Source: Lingula anatina (Eukaryota > Animalia > Brachiopoda). Taken from it: a stretch of DNA of 64,000 bases. The notes below the pieces were generated by a model, which saw only the letters and a program-made list of their open reading frames with translations, did no database searches and was not told the DNA's origin. Each line of letters opens with the position of its first letter. Positions within the stretch are counted from its first letter, which is position 1. The stretch is taken from positions 4,836,001 to 4,900,000 of the forward strand of contig CM120646.1 of NCBI GenBank assembly GCA_051362555.1, read 5' to 3'. Below are positions 39,028-50,408 of this stretch, one piece after another. The position numbers were made by a program, and so were the translations under genes.

Positions 39028-40200
39028 CTTTAGGATCAGAAATGCGGTTTAAATGGAAGGCGGATTCGTTGCTTGGTTTTATATTAATATTCCAATCTAT
39101 GCAGATGCTAACCTCGTTTCGTGAGGGTGTCGACAGCGAAATACGAAACTGTGTTGTTATACAGTGCATAATAATATGAATCATAAATGAAAATTATCAA
39201 AGAGAACAACATCTCACATCAGTTTGATGAAGGCCTACAATGCACGTCCAGGTTGGTCGTAGGCTAACTGCATGAAAGACTTTCGGTTTGTATTTGATCA
39301 TTTTCATTTATGGTCCAACTACCAAGCTATAGCTAATGAACATTTTTGCTCAATATGAATCATAGTTACAGAAAAAAAATGTTACACAGCAGTTTGGTGT
39401 CATAGAAATGCTACTGTAATACAGATAAGCCGCAGCACATTACGTAACCTATGAGGGTATATAAGGTCATATCTCAGAGAAAAATAAAAGGATCAGTTTA
39501 CCAATGTCCCGCATACTAGTTTCCATGATACCTTCAAAACATACGTGCTTCATATAATAATTGTCTCTTCTGTCACTTAGAATATTCTGTAGGGCAAACA
39601 CTCAAACGCTGTGGCTACTTGTTCTACCTTGTCACCATAAATTAGACTTAGACATCTATCTTTTATACAGAATATGCTGTATGAGCATACACTTATTTAA
39701 TGCTCAAAGTATTACAGCAAGCGTCAGACATTAATGCGACATACATGTACTTAAATGTGACAGCGATTGATCGATTTTTCTTATTAATTAATGAATCTAT
39801 CTATCTGTTTATTTATTCGTGTTGTATTTCCAATCTAAACAATGGGATTCAAATAAGTTCGTTTATACTATAATAAAGTGCAAAACTAATAAAACATCTT
39901 AAATTCCACAGCGTAATAATCAACAGTACCAAAATCATGAAATAACTAAACGGGAAAAATTAAACAATGACACAGTTTCAGTTTGTTTTAGTATTTTTAT
40001 TCGCTTGCTTATTAATTTTGTAATTAATGTTTCGTCACATAAGGATAACAAAGCAAACCGTGCAGTCCGGATACAATTGGTAAGGAAATTAAAATCAACT
40101 TAAAAAATGGCACAATGCATATAAATTGGATAACATTACAGCATTAGACTTATTACATGTGGCCCCTAAAGCTACTATCCCATGGTCTGCGGGAGCCTCC

Positions 40201-41950
40201 TTATTTTATGGGCACGCAGTTACCTGAAAATACAAAATAGAAAATAATTAGCTAAACTCAGGTAAGTAATTGTACACAACCTTCATCTACGAAGAAAATG
40301 ATTTATCACTGTGTGCGGTTTATGATAATTCAGCCTTTAGTGTTTCATTAATATTTTATATCAAGTCTTAAGTGTTTCATTAATATTGAAATATACTGTG
40401 ACCGTTTAAATGCATGGTCACTTATGTACATCTAGTTGTACTAAAGCGACTTTTAACACATTTCCAGTAAGGTGTGGTCGCCATAAGTTAACACGGCTTA
40501 TTTCATTTAGGTAGACCTCTTACGATTGGTTCATCGTGAGCAGAAACCCCGCCCTTATCCTGCACATCAAACAAATCGCACCATTTGATTGGCTCATTGT
40601 GAGTATAACCCTCCCTTCTTTTAACCTCCCTCCCTCCCCCCTTCGACAGCAAGTCACGTCATTTGATTAACTTTTTATGGTCAGCTGAAGACAATCAATT
40701 GGTTTCACGAGATTATAGTCGTACCGCACGAGATACGTCGATCTAACCGCACGAGAAGCGCCACTTAATTAGCAACTCATGTGTGTTGTCAACGCATTTT
40801 AAACTCCACAACGTAGGCCGCACTCACCGTAGACGGGAGGCATCTCGTCGTTAGGTTCACACGTCAGACCATATTTACACGGGCACAGCATCTCCATCTC
40901 AGAAGGTTCTGCAATCACGTTGTTTCTATGACATCCTGGAAAAATACATATAAGTTTATCTTAAAAGCTAGAAACTATGATCTAGCTTGTGAAAATAATT
41001 TCATTGGATCTCAGTTTTCATAGTCAGAAAGTTTTCATTATTGATAGATCAATCCCACCCTGGGGGTGAGAAGGACTAACAAATGATCATCAAGACTGAG
41101 ATAATTACCTGTTCACCTTCAAGTGAACAGGTAATTCAGTTTGTGACCAAGTCTGTCAGAGTGAACAGACAAAACAGTCAACAGGTAAACTAAATATATG
41201 GATCTATCATGAATGGCAACTTTATGACTATGATATTGCTTGTCAGCGGACCTAGTTTGCTCTGAAACTGTTTTAACAGCCCAAATTAATTTTCTTGGGG
41301 TTAAGTGTTAATTTTTTTTCTACTCACAAATAATTGTTATGAACCGTCCGTGCATATGTGTTCGAAATCTTAATCCAATTTTTGATTTGATAATTTCGCC
41401 CCCTTAGTTTTTTTTTCGGGGGGGGGGGGGCGACTAAGAGTTAAACGTACACGTAATAGGGATTAAACGAACAAGAGCTATTAAAAAGGAGATAGACTAC
41501 GTTGACTTAACAAGCCTCGCGATGTTACTTACGTTCGCCCTCCTCCTTAAATAGAGCACACTTTCCGCCAAGTAAGCTAAGAGCTCTTTTCCCTCTCACC
41601 AGGTTTCCGGATTCACAACACAAACCGCGAGGCAAGCATTGTATATTACTGGTGCATTGTTTAACTTCTCCCTGTGAGCACTGAAATGAAATTGAATGAT
41701 ATTTTATGTGACAGTGTCATTCTTGCTTGCGAACATGAACTTATACCTACATGTAAGAATATCTTTTTTGGTGTCTGTAACATTTCTCCTCGTCTTCTCA
41801 CCTCTGTTGATAAGTTAGACAACAATGGTATATACAGTTGTGCTTGGATCGAAGATGAAGCATAATCTATTCAGTTATATGAGCGCAGTCACTCACCAGT
41901 ATCAAACATGAAAGAAACAGGATCAAAAGCATCCCCTTGATAAGCGCCAT
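40201..41950 (-). CDS. Secreted 10-Cys prokineticin/ITG-like peptide precursor B, 110 aa
   Basis: Exons 41950-41897, 41680-41533, 40935-40828, 40223-40201 give MALIKGMLLILFLSCLILCSQG-EVKQCTSNIQCLPRGLCCESGNLVRGKRALSLLGGKCALFKEEGERCHRNNVIAEPSEMEMLCPCKYGLTCEPNDEMPPVYGNCVPIK*. Absent from the ORF track. Confidence 0.88.
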
Positions 41951-43329
41951 TATCACTGACAATAAATTCAATATTGAATACCTGCAAATATTATATCGCA
42001 CTGTTTTTATACATGTTAGAGTAAACACGTGGGGTTACAAGTGGTAAAATGGGTCTGTAGGCTTTCTTTATAAAGTATGGATACCATAATTTACTTGACA
42101 TTTAGTATATGTCGTGCTTTTGTGCACATGATGATGGTGAGAATAAATAATTCTCCAAGATTTATAAAAATACAACTACCTTAAACCCATATAACTAATT
42201 ACACCGAGTGTTACACAGGTGAAACTTTCTCGCTGGTGCAGCAACATTTTCATTTTGTTTCATTTGGAGCCCACGAATATTTTGAAATGACCAACCCCCG
42301 TCACGCGAGATAAAGCCACCGAATGTCGGACAGGTGCGTCAAACGTCGTCAATTTCTCATCCCACATCCTTGTCGCAGTAAATCAAGCTGTCACCCCTAC
42401 AAGGATATCCGGCCCTGGAATTACACATGCTGCCAACTTCTTCCACGTGCACATAAATTCATTTTTACTATGAAAGGAAATATACTATTTAAGCAAGTAT
42501 GTACTACATATATGTAGCTGTTACGTACATGTGTATGCATGTTTACAATCATCTCGCCAGTTCTTCGTTGAATATTAAAAATAGCGCCTAATGCTTTTAA
42601 CATTGTATATGCAAGTACTTCATCTTTCTTTCCCATTTTCTGGTGAAAAAACTATTAAGAAGATAACTCCAACGGTTTCATCTGTCTTGTTAAAAAATAA
42701 ACACTTTCACTTGAAAGCATCAACATATTAAAGTTCGTTTGAATTCCCTTGTTTTCATTTTGATAATTTTAAGATTTATAAACCGAAACAAAAACAACCA
42801 GTAGATGTGAGAGTGTGTAATGTTAACGAAAACCCATCCATCGATGAAAGAAAAGATTGCCTTTATTCATGTAAGAACTGAACGTCATAATGTGTTATTT
42901 ACAACTGTACATGTGCCTTGATGTGCCATCGCCATCGTAATTTAAACTATTTGCTGAAATATTATTATAAAACAAGATAGATAAGACCGAACACCTTTAC
43001 CGGTACAACACTATGTAATTTCGACCAAATCAGATGACAGGTCAAGCTATTTTAAGGAGCTGTTATATCTGTATCCGGGTTCGGGTCTGTAAACAACATC
43101 ATTAGGCGGTATTTACACGCGACCAACTGGTTCTAACGAGTCGCTCCCAGTTCGGACCTATTAAAAATCAACTAGCATAATAAAATATGATGCTGTTGAT
43201 AGTTAACATGTGGAAAACATAAACGGGATTGGTAATCACAAACATGGAGGCTGCACGAGTTAGCTTAACCACCTGGTTTCAGTGCTACTTCCTAGCTTAA
43301 AAAATATACACGTAGGTCGCAAGCAATGA

Positions 43330-43822
43330 AGTAGCTAGCGTGTTGAGTACGGCACACGCCCTCACAACTTACGAACAAAATCGAACGCACGTGCCTCACT
43401 TCCACGCCAGGAGTATAATCGTCGCACTCACAATTGGCCACCTTCAAGGTTTGTGACACTTGTTCATATCATATACTCCGTATTTCTACAAGTATTCTCT
43501 GCTCTAAATACCGAAAGACAAAAATATTATCTAATCATGCCGTGTACTTCCAGCTCGAAATGACTAGGCAGCTTCACGTCTTACACCACTCGACGTCATA
43601 GATGCTCGCTTACGGCACGGTCCTTTCTCCTCCGGTTCCCTTAATTGGGATCCCTGCTTGTAAAGACATCTCACGAGGCCGCTGCGACTCGCAAGGCAGA
43701 CTTGCGCCTTTCCACCGCAACATTTCCTCTACCTCTACGAACTCAACGGCTTCCACTGAACCCAAAATCCACAGGGAACGTACGATCCTAAAATTTGTGC
43801 GTCCGGTTGTGACCGAGGCTAA
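43330..43822. mobile_element. CpG-rich repeat fragment related to 44387-46210
   Basis: Shares gtgttgagtac.gc.c.cgccctcaca (43340 vs 44610) and a ~135-bp block (43685-43820 vs 46075-46209). Confidence 0.55.
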
Positions 43823-44029
43823 ACAGAGGCCTTAAAGAGATTTTCAAAACATCATCAGTATACCGTTATTTATTTATTTATTTAGTTAGTTAGTTATTAT
43901 TTTCTTTCTTTATTTGTTTATTTACTTATATTTCTTCCACTGGAAAAGAGAGATAGGCACTGTTTTTTTTCCTGTTTGATATACACGAACCGTCAGAACA
44001 CGTCTATTGTGTGCTATGGAATTCACATT

Positions 44030-44290
44030 TTTCAAAAAGTACATTAATATACAAGCGACATCAGAATGTATAGTTATCAAACTATTCAAAACTTTTTCTG
44101 AAGGGCTTTTACGTTCATCTTCTCTAAAGCAATTGGTGGCATGACACAATCATGTGGCTCTGTGTTGCGATATAAACTGTCAAATGTCCCCATTACAGAC
44201 TTATAGTCATTTATCACTGACATGGTCAATGACTTCGACCGAAGCCTATCCATATGAAGCTGTTTTGTATCAGGACTATCCACACGTACC
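44030..44290 (-). mobile_element. piggyBac transposase relic
   Basis: VINDYKSVMGTFDSL...KMNVKALQKKF and SDVACILMYF resemble the piggyBac C-terminal core (IxDYNxxMGGVDxxD...KxxKWxKK.F...DxAxxNAY). Confidence 0.55.
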
Positions 44291-44386
44291 CGGGCATATC
44301 ATACACACACTGCAACTCGTTCTCTCTCTCAACTTGGGATTAGTGATGTATAAACTAGACTAAACGCAATGAATTTTTCAATGCAG

Positions 44387-46210
44387 GGCCCCGTATCTCG
44401 AAAGCATCGCGTATTGCAAATAGCGATATCACGTAGAGGCTATAATGTATTATATGGGGCGAGTACGGGCGAGTTATGGAATCGAGACGTTTGCGCACGG
44501 TCGCAATGCGCGATGCTTTGCTTTGCTCACCTCGCTAGGAGTTCGCAAGCGGGACGTGTGTGGTCCAAGACGCACGTCGCGAACAATGAAAGAGCAAGGG
44601 CCTTTTACGTGTTGAGTACTGCGCGCGCCCTCACAGCTAAAGCCTCTCTTACAACCCGTCGTGCGTGCTTAGAGATCGTGCGTCCTCGGAGTTCTTGTCA
44701 GACGTAGCGTTGTCGCAGGATGAAAATTAAATCGCAGCGGACGAAGTAATAAGTACTTTAGGAGTAGGTGTGTCGAGCTCTAAACGTGGGGCCCGCAAGT
44801 GGTCTGTACGCCTTTTTTTGGGAGTAGAAAGAAGTAAGGAGCACGTACGATCTGTACTTGTGTCGCACACAGTGAGTGAGATAATCATACGTGTAATGCA
44901 AGTGAAGCATACGTTTTCAGAAATCGTACTTACGAAGTAAGAGAAACGTAAGAGAAACGTAATAAGCACGGAAGTGGAACGCACGGATAATATAATAAAT
45001 AATAATATATAATAAATAATATAAAGGGAGCACCGAGTATCTTCATCATTCACTGTTTTGGCTTCCAAAATGGCACTTCCAAGAAGGATGCGCCATCGAC
45101 TTCTACAGCTACTAATGCTAGAGCAGACCGAAGATCACGACGCAATGCTTGCAGTGGTTGCTCTGGATCGCCTGCACTTTTATCGTGCTGGGCACGTGCG
45201 TCGTCTTAGTGTAACGCACTTCACAAGTATGGTAGTAGTACTCGCCACGCACTTTGGAAGTAAGATAAACGCACGGAGGAAGTGCACTCACCCCCCTTTT
45301 TGTTAAAACGTACATTGAAAGCAAGTTGAACGTACGAGTCTCTTGCGTGGTAAGTACGTCTTCGTGGTAAAATACCCCGGAATTTCTGCATGCTTTTCCT
45401 GCGTTACACGCACGCATAGCGAACTTACTCAGTACTTTTGTCTTGCGTGCTACGAGCGTGCTCCAGGCGTTTTAATTGTCGCAGACAGGTCGTAGCGAAA
45501 AACTGGCCGGTCAGTTTTCGGGCTGCGTGCTTTGCGTCGTGTTTGCCTCCACCAAAAAAAGTACGTTCCACTACTACGTGTATCTTACTACTTGGCCAAT
45601 TTTTTGCACGCAAACCGCTCGTAGAAGCACGCACGACCGGTTGTAAGAGTAGCTTAACGAACAAAGTCGAAAGCATACCGGGAATGCATCGCACGTGAGT
45701 CACCCCCAAACCTGGAGAATAAAAGGTCGACTGTGCAACGTGTACAATACATCGTAATTCTCAGGAATTACAAAGTTTGCTCAATTCAGCTTTTAATAAG
45801 CCTTTAAAAGGCAAGAGTAATAACATTTGAGAGCAGAAAATAAAGGATGAGGAAGAAGAAGGGGAGAACAGGAGGCAAAATTGACGTGCGCCGCCACTAC
45901 AGGGTACGTCATCACAAACATGTGAGGCAAGTGCGTTGCATTCTCTTCGTAAGTGGTGAGTGCGTACCACGTACGCAGGCCGCAAAACAAACGCAATGAA
46001 TGAGTACAATTTCCATGGCCATCGCGCCCTGCAAATAGCGTTTCTATCAAAAGGACATCTTACGTGGCCCCTACAACTCGCAAGGCAGACTTGCGCCTTT
46101 CCATTGAAACTTTTCTTTCACATATCTGAAGACCACGGACTCCGTTGCACCCAAAATTCGTAGGGGACGTACGATCCTAAAATTCGCCCGTCCGGTTGTG
46201 ACAGAGGCTG
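44387..46210 (+). mobile_element. CpG-rich, probably Harbinger-related degenerate element
   Basis: Left end cag|ggccccgtatctcgaaagc resembles the Harbinger TIR at 25840 and a similar end at 46781; short ORF start MALPRRMRHRLLQLLMLEQTEDHDAMLAVVAL. Right terminus not found. Confidence 0.4.
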
Positions 46211-46224
46211 TGGTCAGGGAACAC

Positions 46225-46255
<31 letters not shown>

Positions 46256-48164
46256 GCAGGATCACGGACTTCTAAGCAGCCCAGAGACCCAGTAAAGAGA
46301 AAGTTACATGCATAACACGTTACTGATTATTAATGGTGGATGCGCAACAAAGGGGGTATCTAAATTGAGATCGGAATGATATCCAAGAATTTGATTCCGA
46401 ATTTGCCTTGAAAAGACACTTGTGATAAAGGGCCAGAACCTATCATCGAAGATACATATGTTACTTAATGTTGACTGCACAACAAAGAGAAAATTCTAAA
46501 TTGGGGTTGAAATGATAGCCAGAAACAAAAGCATAATTTCCATCCACTTGCTGAGAAAGTAATCAAGCATCCCCGGTATTATCGCAATTCAAAAGAGGGT
46601 ATTTGTTTTCATGGATTCTTGAAGCACATAAAGTTCTGCGTTGGAAGCAGAGCGAAGGAAAACGCAAACGCGATAAGATACAGACACCGCGTTTTACGTA
46701 GATGAGATTGGATTAGATCGAAGTGAATTTGCAGCGTGAGGCGTTCCATCATTTCCGAAATTTACCTTGCTATATGAGTCCAGGGCTCGATAGCTCGAAA
46801 GCATCGTAAATTGCGACCGCACTCAAACACGGTGATCCGTCGCTATTGCCTGACTCGAAGGCATCGTAATTTGCGACCGAGCCCTAATAGTGATGTTACC
46901 GCCTGTTTCGAGGCTATTATTTGAGACGAGTAAATCCCGTCGCAATTGCCTTTTCCGTCTGCATAATTCGTCATTTTATAGTGTATTTAATGTAATTAAA
47001 AATGGCGCAAGAATTGATGCTAGTCATAATAGCATAAAACAAAGCATGGAAATAAAGTGTCAGAATTTGTGTTCAATAATTTAATCAGACAGGCAGCATA
47101 ATATGGTGAAAAGATATTCCGTGGAATATCTTTTTCTTTTAAAAATACATTATTTATTTTTCAGTTAATTTCTTAAATACAGTAAATAAAATTAAATAAA
47201 GCAAAAATTTAATCTGTTTTACGTTTCATTTTGGGCGAATGACATTCAATTGCAGATTCACTGCAGCACAGTTCCTTTGATTGACGGATTTCAAAATTGC
47301 CGCTTTTCTTTAGGGCCACTGTAAAGCCAACACATAAAAAGGTATAATGAGCAAGCTAGATTTACAATGCCCTTACACTCAGGGTACGGCCCCTTGGATA
47401 TTAATGGCCACCATATTGAAATGTATTATTACCATGAAAATATAATTAATAGTCCGGATTCCTATAATATGCCTCAATGCCATGTACAGCACAGAAAAAT
47501 GAATGAAAATGACAGTATATATTAGTTGCAAATGATGGACGTGACACAATTTTCGTCAGGGCAGCGATATGTAACAAAGCGTCCTGGTAATGGTCTTGCG
47601 TGGTCTTACCCCACCATTATGACGACATCATAACAACTTAACCCCAACGTCTTCGAGGCTGCCCAGAGTGTTGCGAATGTCGCACCTAAGACGAAATCGA
47701 GACCTGATATGCACTTTTGGTGTAGTTTATCAAACGCCAGTAGTAAACCTTTTATCAAGTTCAGGTGTTAAAACGGCAAGTATTTATCGACCAAATTGCA
47801 ACGATTTTCAGACCCAAAGTATTCAAAAACGTCTGGAGATCGTCTTGGTAACGGTTTTAACATCAAGGCGTTTGAAAAAAACAATTTAAAGCAAGCATTT
47901 TGTATGCGTCTTACATGAAAGTTTTTTTAAGAGTTGCCTGCCATTTATGATACTTCAAATACATATGAGATATGCGTGGTTGAGACACTAAGTGTATAAC
48001 AGTGGTTGACTTGGATTGGGCAGTACGCTATATATCTCTCAGTTTCATTGGCTCACCGTTAATTCTTATTGTTGTGTCACTCAAAACACGATAGGCTACT
48101 TTTGAAGCACTACATGGGAAATTTTTACCAGTCAGAAGTCGTTACCCAAGAGCGCTGAAGTTAG

Positions 48165-48780
48165 TGTCTAGTTTCTAGTTTCGTTTTTCAAAACAAACCT
48201 GGCAACCAGAAACTACTGTCGTTTTTCAAAAACGAACCTGGCAACCAGAAACTAATTTCGGCAGCCAGAATTTAGTGTCGTTTTTCAAAAAAAGATTCTG
48301 AGAAGCCAAAATCGTTCTTGCAAAGAGAAACAGGAGCGGAGGGAGGGAGAGGCAACCTGTGATTATTGTCTACCGCGACCAGTTTAACCCTCACCGTGGA
48401 AGCCTCTCCTCGCCGTGCGTTGAGACCGATAGTCGGTTATCTCCTACGGCGTACAGGTAGCAATCACCGCTGAACTATTGTTTAAGTGGGGTTAGAGGGG
48501 GGGGGACGAGGGGGATAAGCCCCACCACTCCCGGGATCTCACTAGGTAGTTTGAACCTAGTGAAGAATAATTTTTAATTTATTAAATGTTTAAAAAACGA
48601 TTCTGATGCCCAGAGACCAGTGTCGTTTTTTGAAAAACGTTTCTGGCAACCAGAAACCAGTGTCGTTTTTCGAAAAACGATTCTGGCAGCCAGAATCGTT
48701 TTTGAGGAGAGAAACAGGGGTGGACGAAAGGAGAAGCAAGCAGCGATGAGCGCATACCGCGACTAGGTAACCCTCACGTA
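48165..48780 (+). repeat. Two clusters of ~38-bp tandem repeats within a local duplication
   Basis: Unit gtcgtttttcaaaaacga..ctggcaaccagaaac; each cluster is followed by gagaaacagg...taccgcgac...taaccctcac. Confidence 0.8.
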
Positions 48781-49234
48781 CCGTGAAACAAGGCGATCAT
48801 TAGAAACACAGTGGTAACTCCACAGAAATCATTCAATACTGGTCGCTGTCTCTTCAAATACAGTAAAGGGAAGTCAGCAAAATGTATAGACACACAAGAT
48901 GGTTCCAGACTATTTGATTACCGAATGCAACATGGCTTATCATTTTTCTCAAGCCAGAGAAAGAGAGGTTTTGCAATATTCCAGAAAAGACACAAACTCC
49001 AAATTAAGCTACACATATATTCATTCAAATATGTTCTTTGACACGCAAAGAACCACTCGCTTCATTCTTTTCGCTATTCAAAGCATTTGCATTAGATTTA
49101 TGTAACTTGTCACAAAACTGGTCGCTGTTCATTCAAATACAGCTCATTTCAGTTAAAGGCGAGGTCGTATTAACCATTGTTGTAGATACATTGTTGTGTG
49201 CACAAAATAACAAACCTCTTACATGTAATTGTTT

Positions 49235-49525
49235 GGTTTGGTTTTCACAACCTAAACTCAAAATTGGACAAGAAAAAAATTCCCTTCAGGGATTATTTTG
49301 ATGCTCAGCTTGTTGGCGCAACGCCTAGAATCAGTTTCCTTTTTTTTTAATTTTTATGGCGTAAATTCAAAATTGGAGAATAAAATTTTCTCTCCAGGGG
49401 GTTATTTAATGCTCAGCTTCTTGGCACAATATCAAAAATCAGTTTTCTTTTCACGACGTAAACTCAAAATCGGACAAGAAAACGAAATTCCCTCCGAGAG
49501 ACGAATTGCATGATCAGCTTCTTTG
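49235..49525 (+). repeat. ~100-bp tandem repeat x3
   Basis: Unit taaactcaaaattggacaagaaaa...tgctcagctt..tggc.caa...aatcagttt. Confidence 0.8.
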
Positions 49526-50408
49526 AAAAATTGGCAGTCGTCCACATTTTCCGTTTTGCTGCATTCGATTTCAGTGCTATTTGATTCTAAAACAGTGCCT
49601 GATTGCATTGTTAATTAATTCATAAAACAATCAAGTGCCATTCCAATCAATTTGACAACACTGCAATTACGTGCATTTGCGATACTAAATATTAAAAAAA
49701 AAATCCGTCTAGGGCTTGTATATACTGAAGTGAAACGGTATGAAATTGAAAATGTATTCAGTTACATTTAAAGAAGGTGTAGGGGTCCATATAACTCCCT
49801 CCCTACCCTGGTTTTACCTGAAATAAAATATCACGGGACATGAAAGAGGGAATATAATATCAAGAGGCTGAACTTTTTTCAGGCATTTATTTTACTCCTA
49901 GCTTTCTGTTTTCTTTCATTTCTGTCTCCCTACAATTTCAACTTCATGTTCTCTCCGGCCAATTTTAATTACTTTTGTCACATTTCTCTGTACCTAGTGT
50001 ATACGGTTTATGAAAATAAAATAGAACAATTTAAATCTCTGAAAAATCTGCACCTTTGGGCTTACTTTAATAATTAAACCTTCCTTAATCAAACACAGTA
50101 CTGGAAAAAGCAGGCGCCCTTATTAAACGGAGACTTATGATACAACTGGGATTAGAGGTCTCCATATTAAGGTGCTCACAATGGACCTTGACAAAGACCA
50201 AAGAATACAGTGTCTGCGGAACAACGTTTTTCAGACCGAATCGTTTGCCTACCACGAGGTGGTGACAAAAAAACGTTAAAACCTGAAAACTCCTTCCTGT
50301 TCTCGCTTTGCAGGAAAAAATGATCGTTCGCCAATCAATATCCCATCTCATCTCATCTCATCTCATCTGTTCAAATAGTGCAAATCTCAACTAAATCACT
50401 GCACATCT

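Noticed and set aside
48165-48780. CRISPR-like short repeat array
   Set aside because: Head-to-tail degenerate units without unique spacers, no cas genes, eukaryotic context. The same applies to the 32-bp array at 36452.
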